Shown here one piece after another: positions 1-8,998 of a stretch of DNA of 64,000 bases; position 1 is the stretch's first letter, and the number at the start of each line of letters is the position of its first letter. The notes beneath the pieces are model-generated. The model was not told the origin of the DNA and searched no databases. It saw only the letters and a program-made list of their open reading frames with translations. The position numbers and the translations under genes are program-made. Where the stretch lies: contig JALVVK010000126.1 in NCBI GenBank assembly GCA_027023445.1, forward strand, positions 4,740 through 68,739, written 5' to 3'. This stretch comes from Deltaproteobacteria bacterium. GTDB lineage: Bacteria > Desulfobacterota > Dissulfuribacteria > Dissulfuribacterales > JALVPX01.

Positions 1-108
1 CGTCTTGTCTGTTTCGGCTGATTTATGATGAAAAGATGCGGGAACAGAGATAACGAAGAAAAAAAAGAATCCTATTGATGCTGCCAGATAACCGTGGAAC
101 AAAGCCAT
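1..108 (-). CDS. Possible 5' end of a hypothetical exported/membrane protein running off the window
   Basis: Minus-strand ATG at 108 preceded by GGAGGTGG; reads MALFHGYLAASIGFFFFFVISVPASFHHK..., open to position 1. Confidence 0.25.
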   Translation of the reverse strand, partial: MALFHGYLAASIGFFFFFVISVPASFHHKSAETDKT

Positions 109-297
109 AGAAGACCACCTCCCCCCATCCTCCAGGCTGAGTCTGAGGAATCCTCCTTAAGGTTAATAGCACATCGAAGAAACATGTATCAGCAACGGAT
201 TCCATACATATTCAGGTATTCCGTCACTATCAATTTATTATGATCTTAAATGTATCAGGCGGCCGAGTAAAGGCTATTCCGCGGATAAAATACGGAA

Positions 298-439
298 TGT
301 CCAAACTGACACCGAAAGAGACAGGAAACAAGTTTGCGCCATTTTTCAACTTGAAACAACATTTATGGTTAAGGATGCACTTAACTATCGCTATTTACTG
401 AGTAATAAGTCAAATAAACGATTTGTTCCATATTGAAAC
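298..439. promoter_or_regulatory. Candidate upstream activator (bEBP) binding sites
   Basis: Related imperfect palindromes TGTCCAAACTGACAC (298-312), TTTTCAACTTGAAACA (343-358) and TGTTCCATATTGAAAC (424-439), about 180-320 bp upstream of a sigma54 promoter and separated from it by an AT-rich tract. Confidence 0.3.
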
Positions 440-619
440 TTGAATTGGACACAAACAAACCGGGGCAATTCTTGCCATTACGACATAACTAACTATTTTT
501 ATTAATTTTTATCAATAACTCATACCCATAAACATCCTATGCCCCCATCCAGACACCCCTACATGGATCATTCTAAAAATAGCCTTTTATTTTAATAAGT
601 TATTTTTATAAAATACTCA

Positions 620-635
620 TGGCATCTTCATTGCT
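620..635 (+). promoter_or_regulatory. sigma54 (-24/-12) promoter
   Basis: TGGCATCTTCATTGCT: GG-N10-GC with TGGCA and TTGCT matching the RpoN consensus; lies upstream of the tauE operon. Confidence 0.75.
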
Positions 636-647
636 GTACCTTCGCGT

Positions 648-741
648 GCAACGACCTGAGACCTTTGAATATTACAATCAGTACAAAGCCCAAATTGCTC
701 TTTCCAGAAAAAGGAAGGACATTGGTCTCAGGACCGGTTGC
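648..741 (+). other. Long-range stem at the start of the predicted sigma54 transcript (structured leader)
   Basis: GCAAC(648-652)/GTTGC(737-741) and CCTGAGACC(655-663)/GGTCTCAGG(724-732) are complementary; followed by a T-rich tract. Confidence 0.4.
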
Positions 742-779
742 CTTTATTCAAAATTTTTTTAAGGGGGTAGAAGGATGAA

Positions 780-962
780 ATGACCAAAGAGACTTTCCTA
801 AACAAGACTGTGGAGCAACGATGGAAACCGGGAATCATTTATCAATGCGTGACACGGAACATGTCTCCGCGTCACTCACCACCCAGACAGTGGTCCTTTA
901 CGCTCAAGCACTGCCTGGCGGGACGCCTGATAACTTATGGTTTCCGGGCAGGATCAATGTAG
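780..962 (+). CDS. Possible 60-aa leader/small protein
   Basis: ORF preceded by purine-rich AAGGGGGTAGAAGG; no recognisable motif. Confidence 0.2.
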   Translation: MTKETFLNKTVEQRWKPGIIYQCVTRNMSPRHSPPRQWSFTLKHCLAGRLITYGFRAGSM

Positions 963-1010
963 CCAGGACACGAAAAGGTTTCAAAAAACATTCTTGGAGG
1001 TTGAAAAGTT

Positions 1011-1943
1011 ATGTGGCACATGTACCTTCCGATAGCAGGAAACAGCGTAAACATCCTGACCGTTTTGGGTCTAGGGGGATTTGTTGGCCTTTTGTCCGGA
1101 ATCTTCGGTGTCGGTGGCGGTTTTCTGATGACGCCGCTTCTTATCATGTTCGGAATTCCACCTACGGTGGCAGCGGCATCTGATTCAAATCAGATAGTGG
1201 GAGCATCCACCTCAGGAACCCTGGCACACTGGAGGCTTGGAAACGTAGATGTCAAGATGGGAATACTGCTTCTCATAGGCGGTGTTTTCGGTGGAACAGT
1301 AGGTGTCCAGATCATCAAAATTTTAAGGGCGCTGGGCAATGCCGATTTTTTGATCAATATTACCTACGTGCTCATGCTCGGCGGCGTGGGCGCATATATG
1401 TTCATGGAAAGCCTCCAGGGCCTTAAAAAGGAAAAGGCCGGAGCAGTTTCCTCACAGGAGGCTCCAAAAAGCGAATCCACATATGCCCGCATGCTGAAGG
1501 CCCTGCCCTTTCAGTCCAGGTTTGATAAGTCAGGGGTGGAAATCTCACTTATTCTTCCATTCTTTTTCGGCACCCTGGTTGGAGTACTCGCAGCCATCAT
1601 GGGCGTTGGCGGAGGTTTCATCATGGTTCCGGTCATGGTTTATCTTCTTCGCATGCCCATGCATGTGGTCGTCGGCACCAGTCTGTTCCAGATTCTTTTT
1701 ACATGCATGAATGTTACTATCATGCAGTCAGTGAGCAATCATACTGTTGATTTTGTATTAGCGGTTTTACTTCTTCTCGGTTCCACCATCGGCGCCCAGG
1801 TCGGTACAAAAATCAGCAAACGTCTTAAAGGCGATCAGCTGAAAATACTCCTTGCCTGCCTGGTATTACTTATGTGCTTCAAGATGTTAGCAGGCCTTTT
1901 GCTGACTCCCCACATCATGTTAGCCTACAAAGGAGGTCATTAA
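1011..1943 (+). CDS. Sulfite exporter TauE/SafE family membrane protein
   Basis: Two GVGGGF motifs, multiple TM helices, VVGTSLFQI motif; GGAGG RBS. Confidence 0.9.
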   Translation: MWHMYLPIAGNSVNILTVLGLGGFVGLLSGIFGVGGGFLMTPLLIMFGIPPTVAAASDSNQIVGASTSGTLAHWRLGNVDVKMGILLLIGGVFGGTVGVQIIKILRALGNADFLINITYVLMLGGVGAYMFMESLQGLKKEKAGAVSSQEAPKSESTYARMLKALPFQSRFDKSGVEISLILPFFFGTLVGVLAAIMGVGGGFIMVPVMVYLLRMPMHVVVGTSLFQILFTCMNVTIMQSVSNHTVDFVLAVLLLLGSTIGAQVGTKISKRLKGDQLKILLACLVLLMCFKMLAGLLLTPHIMLAYKGGH

Positions 1944-1944
1944 T

Positions 1945-2697
1945 ATGATTAAAAAATCCTGGTGTTATTTAACTTTGATGCTTATATTTCTGATATACAT
2001 ACCGGCCACGGCTTTCGGCGTCTCCCTGAATCTAAAGCCGCAGGAGGTCCAAATAGGAACCTTCTATGACGGCACAACCGTGGAGGCAACCGGCACAGTC
2101 CCCGCAGACTGCCAGGCAGTGGTTCTTGTCAGAGGGGCAGGAGAAGATGTACATCTGAAAAAAAAGGGGAAAATTGGCGGCCTGCTCTGGATGAACATAG
2201 GCGATGTTACTTTTGAGCATACACCGCGCGTGTATATGATCTATGCGGACGCCGACCTCCCCCCAAGCCTTGATTCTGAGATTGGATTCTCAGCGCTGAA
2301 AAATGTAATAAAAATAAGCCCTGCCGGGGAAAACAAGGATTTTCTGTTCAAGGAATTCGTCAAATTGAAAAAACACTCAGCCCTGTACACGTTTCACGCA
2401 AATGCTATATCATATGGCCCAGCAGAGGGCGGTTCCCGTTCTTTCAAGGTGAGTCTTATCATACCGCCACACATGCATCAGGGAAGCTATACGGTTCAGG
2501 CATTCGCGGTCAGGGATGGTCATGTTGTAGGGAAAGCGGCAAAACCAATGCAACTCAAGCTGACAGGTCTTCCCGCAAAACTCTCCAAACTGGCATTCGG
2601 CCATCCCCTGCTTTATGGTATAATTGCGGCAGGTGTCGCCTTGGCGGCCGGCCTGCTCATAGGAGTGCTGTTCGGGAGCAAGGGCGGAGCCCATTAA
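1945..2697 (+). CDS. TIGR02186-family membrane-anchored protein (usual TauE partner)
   Basis: Signal peptide, KKGKIGGLLWMN motif, C-terminal TM helix; directly downstream of tauE. Confidence 0.75.
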   Translation: MIKKSWCYLTLMLIFLIYIPATAFGVSLNLKPQEVQIGTFYDGTTVEATGTVPADCQAVVLVRGAGEDVHLKKKGKIGGLLWMNIGDVTFEHTPRVYMIYADADLPPSLDSEIGFSALKNVIKISPAGENKDFLFKEFVKLKKHSALYTFHANAISYGPAEGGSRSFKVSLIIPPHMHQGSYTVQAFAVRDGHVVGKAAKPMQLKLTGLPAKLSKLAFGHPLLYGIIAAGVALAAGLLIGVLFGSKGGAH

Positions 2698-2737
2698 ATC
2701 CCGAACAGGACATCTCTTTATAAATAAATGGCTTACA

Positions 2738-2784
2738 CCGGACATTTCCGCAGGCATTCACAAATGATCTGCGGAAATGTCCGG
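2738..2784. repeat. Perfect 16-bp intercistronic inverted repeat
   Basis: CCGGACATTTCCGCAG (2738-2753) / CTGCGGAAATGTCCGG (2769-2784); no U-tract. Confidence 0.8.
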
Positions 2785-2812
2785 GCGAATTCATACAAAA
2801 TGCAGGAGCATC

Positions 2813-5389
2813 ATGAATCTTCTCCGTCGCATAAGACATAAATTCAGCCGCCGGCATGTTGAAGAATATTCCTTTGTCGGAATCTTTAAAAGGTTCCAGG
2901 AAATCGTCGAAATGAACAACCGGTTGCTGGGCCTGATCGCAAGGGCCAATGATAAACTCGGCGGAGACTATATCTTTGACAAACAATATATACGGTCCCT
3001 GTGCGCTGAAATCTCTGACCTCGTACAGAAACTCATATTCAACCTGGACAGCATCGCACCCAAAAAATACAGGGCATTGTACGATGTCTTCAACCGGATT
3101 CAGGAGGACATCGATGAACTTCTGGCAGGCAGGATAGTGCCCCGTGATATCGAACTCATATTGCCCTATGAAAAGATCTCACGGGATATAGTTGAAGCCG
3201 TTGGATCAAAAAACGCTAATCTTGCTGAGATAAAATCTGTTCTGGGATTTCTGATTCCAAGGGGTTTTGCCATAACAACCGCCTCTTTTGAGGCGTTCCT
3301 GAAATACAACCAGCTTGATACCGCCATCAATGAGCTGATCAGCAAGTGGCGGGACGACAAGTTGTCCACCGGAGAAACAGCCAGGGAAATCCAGCAGATG
3401 ATCGGTGCGGGCATAATTCCGTCCGATCTTGAGAAGGCGATCCGGAACGTCCTGGACAGGCTGCCTGACATAGAATGTTTCGCAGTCCGGAGCAGCGCCC
3501 TTGGTGAAGATGGACACCGCAGTTTCGCAGGACAATACAAAAGCATTCTCAATGTTCCCGCGGACAAGATCCCGGAGGCATACAAAAGGGTTTTGGCCAG
3601 CACATACAGTGAAAAGGCCATGGAATACCGAAAAAGTATAGGATTTACCGAGTGGGAAGTGGCCATGGCAGTGGGATGCCAGGAAATGGTAGACGTAAAG
3701 GCCAGCGGGGTGCTTTATACAATGGATCCCAATGCTCCGGGACAAGATATCATGCTGATATCCGCCACCTGGGGGCTTGGCGTCCCAGTGGTGTCTGGTG
3801 AGGCGCCCACAGACCATTTTGTTGTCAGCCGAAAACCTCCCTATAAAATCAAGGAAGTGGATCTGGTTCACAAGGAGACAGAGGTGCTCGCGGAAAAAAA
3901 TGGGGGGACATCCTTGCGTTCATTGTCCAGGGAGAAGAGTGACCAGGTATGCCTGAGTAATAAAAATATAAAACAGATCGCCGAAGCGGGTATTGTTATC
4001 GAAAAATTCTTTAAACGCCCCCAGGATATAGAATTCGGTATAAACAAACAGGGACAGCTCGTTATTCTCCAGGCGCGTCCTCTTGCCATAAAATCCATTG
4101 AGTCTCCCGATGCTTCTGATCTGGCCATGATTTCTACAAAATATCCCGTGATTTTTCGTGACAAGGGGGCAATAGCGCAGAAGGGCGTGGCCTTGGGGAC
4201 CGTGTTTATAGTGAAAGATGAGACGGACCTGCAACATTTCCCTTCCGGGGCCATTCTTGTCTCCAGGTTCGCCTCCCCTATTCTGGCCAAGGTATTGGTA
4301 AGGGCGTCAGGCCTCATCACCGAAGTGGGATCGCCTACAGGACACCTCGCTACCATCGCCAGGGAATACCGGGTCCCAGCGATCATGGGGGCAGAGGGTG
4401 CCACGAAAATCCTTAAAGATGGCCAGGAAATCACCCTGGACGCAGAAGAAAACATTGTTTACCAGGGAATCGTAAAGGAACTGCAGCAGTACAGCCTGAA
4501 ACAGGAAGCCATAGAGGAAACCTATGAATACAGGCTGCTCAGACGCGTGCTCAGAAAAATTGAGCCCCTGAATCTTGTAGATCCCATGGATAAACACTTT
4601 ACCCCTGAGGCATGCAAAACAATGCACGATATCATACGTTTTGTGCATGAGAAGGCAGTAAACGAACTCATAGAATTCAAATACTACAAGCACAGGGATC
4701 AGGGAACCGCCTCCGGCAAGCTGAAATGGAACATACCACTTGACATGGTCATAATCGATATTGGAGGTGGGCTGTCAACGCCCCCTCATAACAAGGTTAT
4801 CCTTCCCGAACAGATAGTTTCAATCCCCATGCAAAGCGTGCTGGAAGGCCTGGCCCGACCCGGGGCCTGGAACAATGATCCCATGTCGGTTGATCTGGGC
4901 AGCTTCATGTCAAGCATGACCCGGACATTTTCAACGCAACTTGCCAGTCCGAGATACGTGGGCCAGAACCTGGCGGTCATTTCCAGGAACTACTCTAACA
5001 TAAGCCTCAGGCTCGGATATCATTTTACCATGGTTGACGCCTACATCTCTGAAAACATAAATGACAATTACGCGTATTTCCGGTTTTTCGGGGGGGTTAC
5101 GGACGAGATGCGGCGTTCAAGAAGGGCAAAACTCCTTGGCAAGGCGCTGGCGCATTTTGACTTTCGCACTGAAATTCATGGAGACCTGGTTGTTGCACGC
5201 ATTAAGAAATTCCCGGAACCCATGATGAGGAAACGGCTTTACATTATTGGCGTTCTTATAGGCTTTTCAAGGCAGCTCGATGTGCGGATGGCAAGCGACC
5301 ACAGCATATCAGAATACCTTGAAAAATTTAAATTGGTTATGGAGGATGATAATGAGAGGGAAAGAGAAAACCAGCATATTGTTACTTGA
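2813..5389 (+). CDS. PEP-synthase/PPDK-like protein (ATP-binding domain + phospho-His swivel domain + non-canonical C-terminal domain)
   Basis: VGSKNANL, AVRSSALGED, SFAGQY, PQDIEF, LQARPL and GSPTGHLATIARE motifs; start placed at 2813 after AGGAG. Confidence 0.85.
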   Translation: MNLLRRIRHKFSRRHVEEYSFVGIFKRFQEIVEMNNRLLGLIARANDKLGGDYIFDKQYIRSLCAEISDLVQKLIFNLDSIAPKKYRALYDVFNRIQEDIDELLAGRIVPRDIELILPYEKISRDIVEAVGSKNANLAEIKSVLGFLIPRGFAITTASFEAFLKYNQLDTAINELISKWRDDKLSTGETAREIQQMIGAGIIPSDLEKAIRNVLDRLPDIECFAVRSSALGEDGHRSFAGQYKSILNVPADKIPEAYKRVLASTYSEKAMEYRKSIGFTEWEVAMAVGCQEMVDVKASGVLYTMDPNAPGQDIMLISATWGLGVPVVSGEAPTDHFVVSRKPPYKIKEVDLVHKETEVLAEKNGGTSLRSLSREKSDQVCLSNKNIKQIAEAGIVIEKFFKRPQDIEFGINKQGQLVILQARPLAIKSIESPDASDLAMISTKYPVIFRDKGAIAQKGVALGTVFIVKDETDLQHFPSGAILVSRFASPILAKVLVRASGLITEVGSPTGHLATIAREYRVPAIMGAEGATKILKDGQEITLDAEENIVYQGIVKELQQYSLKQEAIEETYEYRLLRRVLRKIEPLNLVDPMDKHFTPEACKTMHDIIRFVHEKAVNELIEFKYYKHRDQGTASGKLKWNIPLDMVIIDIGGGLSTPPHNKVILPEQIVSIPMQSVLEGLARPGAWNNDPMSVDLGSFMSSMTRTFSTQLASPRYVGQNLAVISRNYSNISLRLGYHFTMVDAYISENINDNYAYFRFFGGVTDEMRRSRRAKLLGKALAHFDFRTEIHGDLVVARIKKFPEPMMRKRLYIIGVLIGFSRQLDVRMASDHSISEYLEKFKLVMEDDNERERENQHIVT

Positions 5390-5747
5390 TGATGAACCAA
5401 TCGTAAGCAAACGCTTAAAACCATCACTTGAAAAGAGGGGATATGAGGTTGAGGCATTCACAGATGGTTTTTCCGCTCTGCAAAGGATCAAGGAACGCAA
5501 ATTCGACATTGTAGTCACGGATCTGAAGATGGAAGGCATTGATGGTATGCACTTCCTCACTGAGGTAAAGAAAAAATTTCCGGAAACAGAAGTCATCGTC
5601 ATTACGGGCTTTGCAACCATGCAAACGGCAAAGGAGTCCTTCCAGAAAGGTGTGTTCGACTTTCTGGCAAAGCCCTTCAAAATCAAGGAGATCACAGAGG
5701 TTATCAAGCGGGCGGAAAACCGGCAGAGGGAGAGAGCTTCCAAATAA
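5352..5747 (+). CDS. Stand-alone response regulator receiver (CheY-like)
   Basis: LLLDDEP, VVTDLKM, ITGF and AKPF motifs; GGAGG RBS; overlaps the upstream gene. Confidence 0.9.
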   Translation: MRGKEKTSILLLDDEPIVSKRLKPSLEKRGYEVEAFTDGFSALQRIKERKFDIVVTDLKMEGIDGMHFLTEVKKKFPETEVIVITGFATMQTAKESFQKGVFDFLAKPFKIKEITEVIKRAENRQRERASK

Positions 5748-5767
5748 GCAGCTATAAAAGGTGAAAT

Positions 5768-6562
5768 ATGAAAACAGCGTTGATTTACATAGAAGAAAAC
5801 CTGGCATCAAGTATGGCCTTGAGATACACAAGCAGGCTGGCAAACCTGATCGACTTGGCGCTTCAGGTAATTCACGTGGAAGAGCCCGAAAATAAAAACC
5901 ATTTTGGCACGGGCTGGACCAGGCGTACCTGGGAACATGGCATTGAAGAAGCTGGCCTTCAGGAAGTGGACCGGCTTCTGAAAACCGAAAGGATTGACTG
6001 CCGGTTCCTTGGGAGCCCTGTTGTGCGCGTGGGAGACAGGGACTCGGAATTGCTTTCCGAGATGAGCCATCACCCCTACAATCTCTACATCGAAGGCAGG
6101 CTGAATACGGCAAGCGTTCGCGATTTTTACTCACTTCTCGGCAGCCGCCTGTATCGCAAAATGACCTGTCCCTCCCTTATAGTCAAAAATCTGGTTCCTA
6201 TTGACAGGGTATTATTGCTTGCCGCCGAGGGAGTGGATCCTGATCAGCTTACCTCTTGTTTTTCCAGGCTGTTTGACCCGGAATCCATACCGGTTGATCT
6301 GCTTTATTTTCATTTCCAGGAAAACGATTCACCTGTCTGGGAACAGGAACATGAGATGGCAGACTACCTGAATGAGATCATAACGCCACTGGCGGACAAG
6401 GGATGGAACATCGAAAAAAAACAGGTGGTGCGAGGTACCCCGGAGAAGGTAGCGGATCTCCTGAGGGATTATGGCCTGGTAGTCAGTACATTTCCCACCC
6501 GGAAATGCCCCCATTACGAATTGCTGGCCATGCTCCCGAATCCCATATTAATATGTAAATAA
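5768..6562 (+). CDS. Universal stress protein (USP)-like
   Basis: N-terminal beta/helix 'ALIYIEENLASSMALRY', 'VIHVEEP', 'CPSLIVK', C-terminal 'PNPILIC'; tandem USP-like layout. Confidence 0.6.
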   Translation: MKTALIYIEENLASSMALRYTSRLANLIDLALQVIHVEEPENKNHFGTGWTRRTWEHGIEEAGLQEVDRLLKTERIDCRFLGSPVVRVGDRDSELLSEMSHHPYNLYIEGRLNTASVRDFYSLLGSRLYRKMTCPSLIVKNLVPIDRVLLLAAEGVDPDQLTSCFSRLFDPESIPVDLLYFHFQENDSPVWEQEHEMADYLNEIITPLADKGWNIEKKQVVRGTPEKVADLLRDYGLVVSTFPTRKCPHYELLAMLPNPILICK

Positions 6563-6647
6563 TCACAACTGGACTTGAGAAATATTTTTATAAAATCATG
6601 TCATGTCCCCTGGCCGGAAAGACCGGACGGGGGAAAGGAGAATCGCC

Positions 6648-7514
6648 ATGAAGATGCTGGTTCCTGTAGATACCAATCCATACAGTGCGGTAGCCGCCCG
6701 CAAGGCGGCAAAACTGGCCATTAATACCTGGGCCGATGTTACCATCTTAGGGATACAGACAGCCGGAAGCGCCGCCAACAATATGCCGGACGCCGCCCTG
6801 TCTTCAGCGATGTCAGCTTATTGCAAGGCATTTCTCAGTAATGCGGGGGAGATGGAGTCTCCTTATGGAGATGGTGAGCCCGCCCCGTGGCGCGCCACGG
6901 GAAATGGAGTCTGGGAGACCTCCATTGCTTCCGAGACGGCAAAAAAATCTTTGCGCCTTATGGTCAAAAAAGGCAGTACACTTGACATGATCCTTGAACA
7001 GGCTGCGCAGGATGGATCTGATTTTATTGTTATTGGCTCGCCCGCAAAGGTAGCCGATCCTGGCTGGACAGGAGAGCTGGATCTTACCGCCAAGGTGGCA
7101 AACAAGGCCCCATGTTCCGTTCTCGTAGTTAAGGAAGAAAAATCGGTGAATACCGTTATGGGCATCCTGGACCAGGACCATGTCAGCCAGGAATCACTGG
7201 AACTGATCAATCAGATGGTGACCGTTCATCAGGCGGAATTAAAAATCGTCGGCCTGGCAACGGCCAAGGGCTTGGATGAACGCGTTGAGATGAAGATGGG
7301 AGAGGTCCTGGATTATTATGCCTCAAAGGGGGTCAAGGCCTGGATCACCATGGTAAAAGAAAATGAGATGGAGGATTTTGCCGCCCGTGCCGCGGAGACA
7401 AGTCTTGTAGGGATCTGGCTTGGCAAAAAATCTTTCCTGGCCAAGATCTTTTCCAAAGACAGGGTGAGCCAGTTGATCAACGCAACCAATTCATCTGTGC
7501 TGGTTCTTAAATAG
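6648..7514 (+). CDS. Universal stress protein (USP)-like, tandem domain
   Basis: MKMLVPVD start, DFIVIGS, KVANKAPCSVLVVK, C-terminal SSVLVLK; AGGAG RBS. Confidence 0.75.
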   Translation: MKMLVPVDTNPYSAVAARKAAKLAINTWADVTILGIQTAGSAANNMPDAALSSAMSAYCKAFLSNAGEMESPYGDGEPAPWRATGNGVWETSIASETAKKSLRLMVKKGSTLDMILEQAAQDGSDFIVIGSPAKVADPGWTGELDLTAKVANKAPCSVLVVKEEKSVNTVMGILDQDHVSQESLELINQMVTVHQAELKIVGLATAKGLDERVEMKMGEVLDYYASKGVKAWITMVKENEMEDFAARAAETSLVGIWLGKKSFLAKIFSKDRVSQLINATNSSVLVLK

Positions 7515-7594
7515 ACCGTTGCTGGCGCGATTCAGGATTATCCCGGATTACACTACCCTTTTGGACCGGGGGGCTCGGTAATCCTGGCGCCCCC

Positions 7595-8998
7595 TTACAG
7601 ATCTTCACCGGACTTCGCACTTTTGTGGCTGCGTATCTTTTTATCTGTTGTGTCCTTGGTAATAAGCCCGTATTTTTTCATGCGGCGCCATAGAGTGGTT
7701 CTCGGCAGATTCAGGATCCTGCTGCTCAGATTTTTATTAAAGCCTGTATGTTCCAGCACCCTGCGAATGTGATGCTTTTCAACCTCTTCAAGGCTTAACA
7801 GCTCGTTGCCTGAAAGGCATTTCAATATTCTCTGGTGCAGGTCTTCCGGCAGATCCTTTACGTACAATTCATCGTCATCCGTCAGGGCGACCGCCCTCTG
7901 GATTATGTTCTCCAGCTCACGGACATTACCGGGAAAATTGTAGGTCATCAGGATCTGGAGTGCGGCAGGGGATATGCGCCTTACCTGTTTGGAAAACGCG
8001 ACATTATACTTCTCAATAAAATGCGAGATCAACAGGGGAATGTCTTCCGCTCTGTCAGCAAGCCTGGGCAACTGAATATTTACAACATTCAGACGGAAAA
8101 AAAGGTCCTTTCTGAAGGTACCATTTTGTATATCCGCCTCCAGATCACGATTAGTGGCCGCAATAATACGTATGTCAAGGTCCATGGGACGAGTACCGCC
8201 CACACGAAGGACCTGACGCTCCTGGAGAACATGCAACAGCTTGACCTGCATGCTCTGGGGCATTTCACCGATTTCGTCCAACAAGACAGTTCCGCCGGCA
8301 GCAGTCTCAAACAATCCTTTCTTAAAGGTGGTCGCCCCTGTAAACGCCCCTTTTTCATGGCCAAAAAGCTCGCTGCATATCAATTCGTCGGTAAAACCGC
8401 CACAGTTAAAGTAAACAAAGGGCTGATCTCTCCTGGGGCTAAGGTTATGAATCGCCCTTGCGACCAGTTGTTTACCTGTACCCGTCTCCGCCTGAATCAG
8501 CACGTTACAGTTGACCAGGGCCACCTTTTTGATAAGAGCGAAGATCTCCCTTATAGCCTCGCTTTTACCAATAAAACCTGGAATAGGACTGTCCGTACCA
8601 AGCGCCAGGCGGAGTCTTCGGTTTTCCTCATTCAATTCAATTTTTTCCCTGGCCCTCCGGGCAAGTAAACGGATATCATGCCGCCTGCATGGCTTGGTAA
8701 CATAATGAAAAGCGCCATTTTTAGTGGCCTCAACAGCGGTTTCAATGGAGCCATGGCCTGTCACCATTATAGCCTCTGTATCCTCAAATGCCTGTTTTAA
8801 GAGTTTAAGTACCTCAAGGCCATCCATGTCAGGCAATTTCAGATCTATGAACGCAATATGGAACGGAAATTCCTTCATGCGAGACAGAAAAACGCGACCA
8901 GAAGGAAAGGTTTCTACCTCGAACCCATCCTGCTCAAGAATCCTTTTTATATGACGACAGGCCGTAGCCTCATCGTCAATTACTGCTATCCGTATCAT
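7595..8998 (-). CDS. sigma54-dependent response regulator (NtrC family: REC-AAA+-HTH)
   Basis: [55 protein letters not shown]. Confidence 0.95.
   Translation of the reverse strand: MIRIAVIDDEATACRHIKRILEQDGFEVETFPSGRVFLSRMKEFPFHIAFIDLKLPDMDGLEVLKLLKQAFEDTEAIMVTGHGSIETAVEATKNGAFHYVTKPCRRHDIRLLARRAREKIELNEENRRLRLALGTDSPIPGFIGKSEAIREIFALIKKVALVNCNVLIQAETGTGKQLVARAIHNLSPRRDQPFVYFNCGGFTDELICSELFGHEKGAFTGATTFKKGLFETAAGGTVLLDEIGEMPQSMQVKLLHVLQERQVLRVGGTRPMDLDIRIIAATNRDLEADIQNGTFRKDLFFRLNVVNIQLPRLADRAEDIPLLISHFIEKYNVAFSKQVRRISPAALQILMTYNFPGNVRELENIIQRAVALTDDDELYVKDLPEDLHQRILKCLSGNELLSLEEVEKHHIRRVLEHTGFNKNLSSRILNLPRTTLWRRMKKYGLITKDTTDKKIRSHKSAKSGEDL

Noticed and set aside
700..745. c-di-GMP-I riboswitch (GGTCTCAGG...CCGGTTGCC resembles its 3' half)
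   Set aside because: No GGCAAA...GAAA...GACGCAAA 5' half is visible.
7835..8668. Long antisense ORFs (also 19574-20365, 23586-24509, 33582-34631, 41311-42066 and others)
   Set aside because: Shadow frames opposite well-supported conserved genes, with no motifs of their own.
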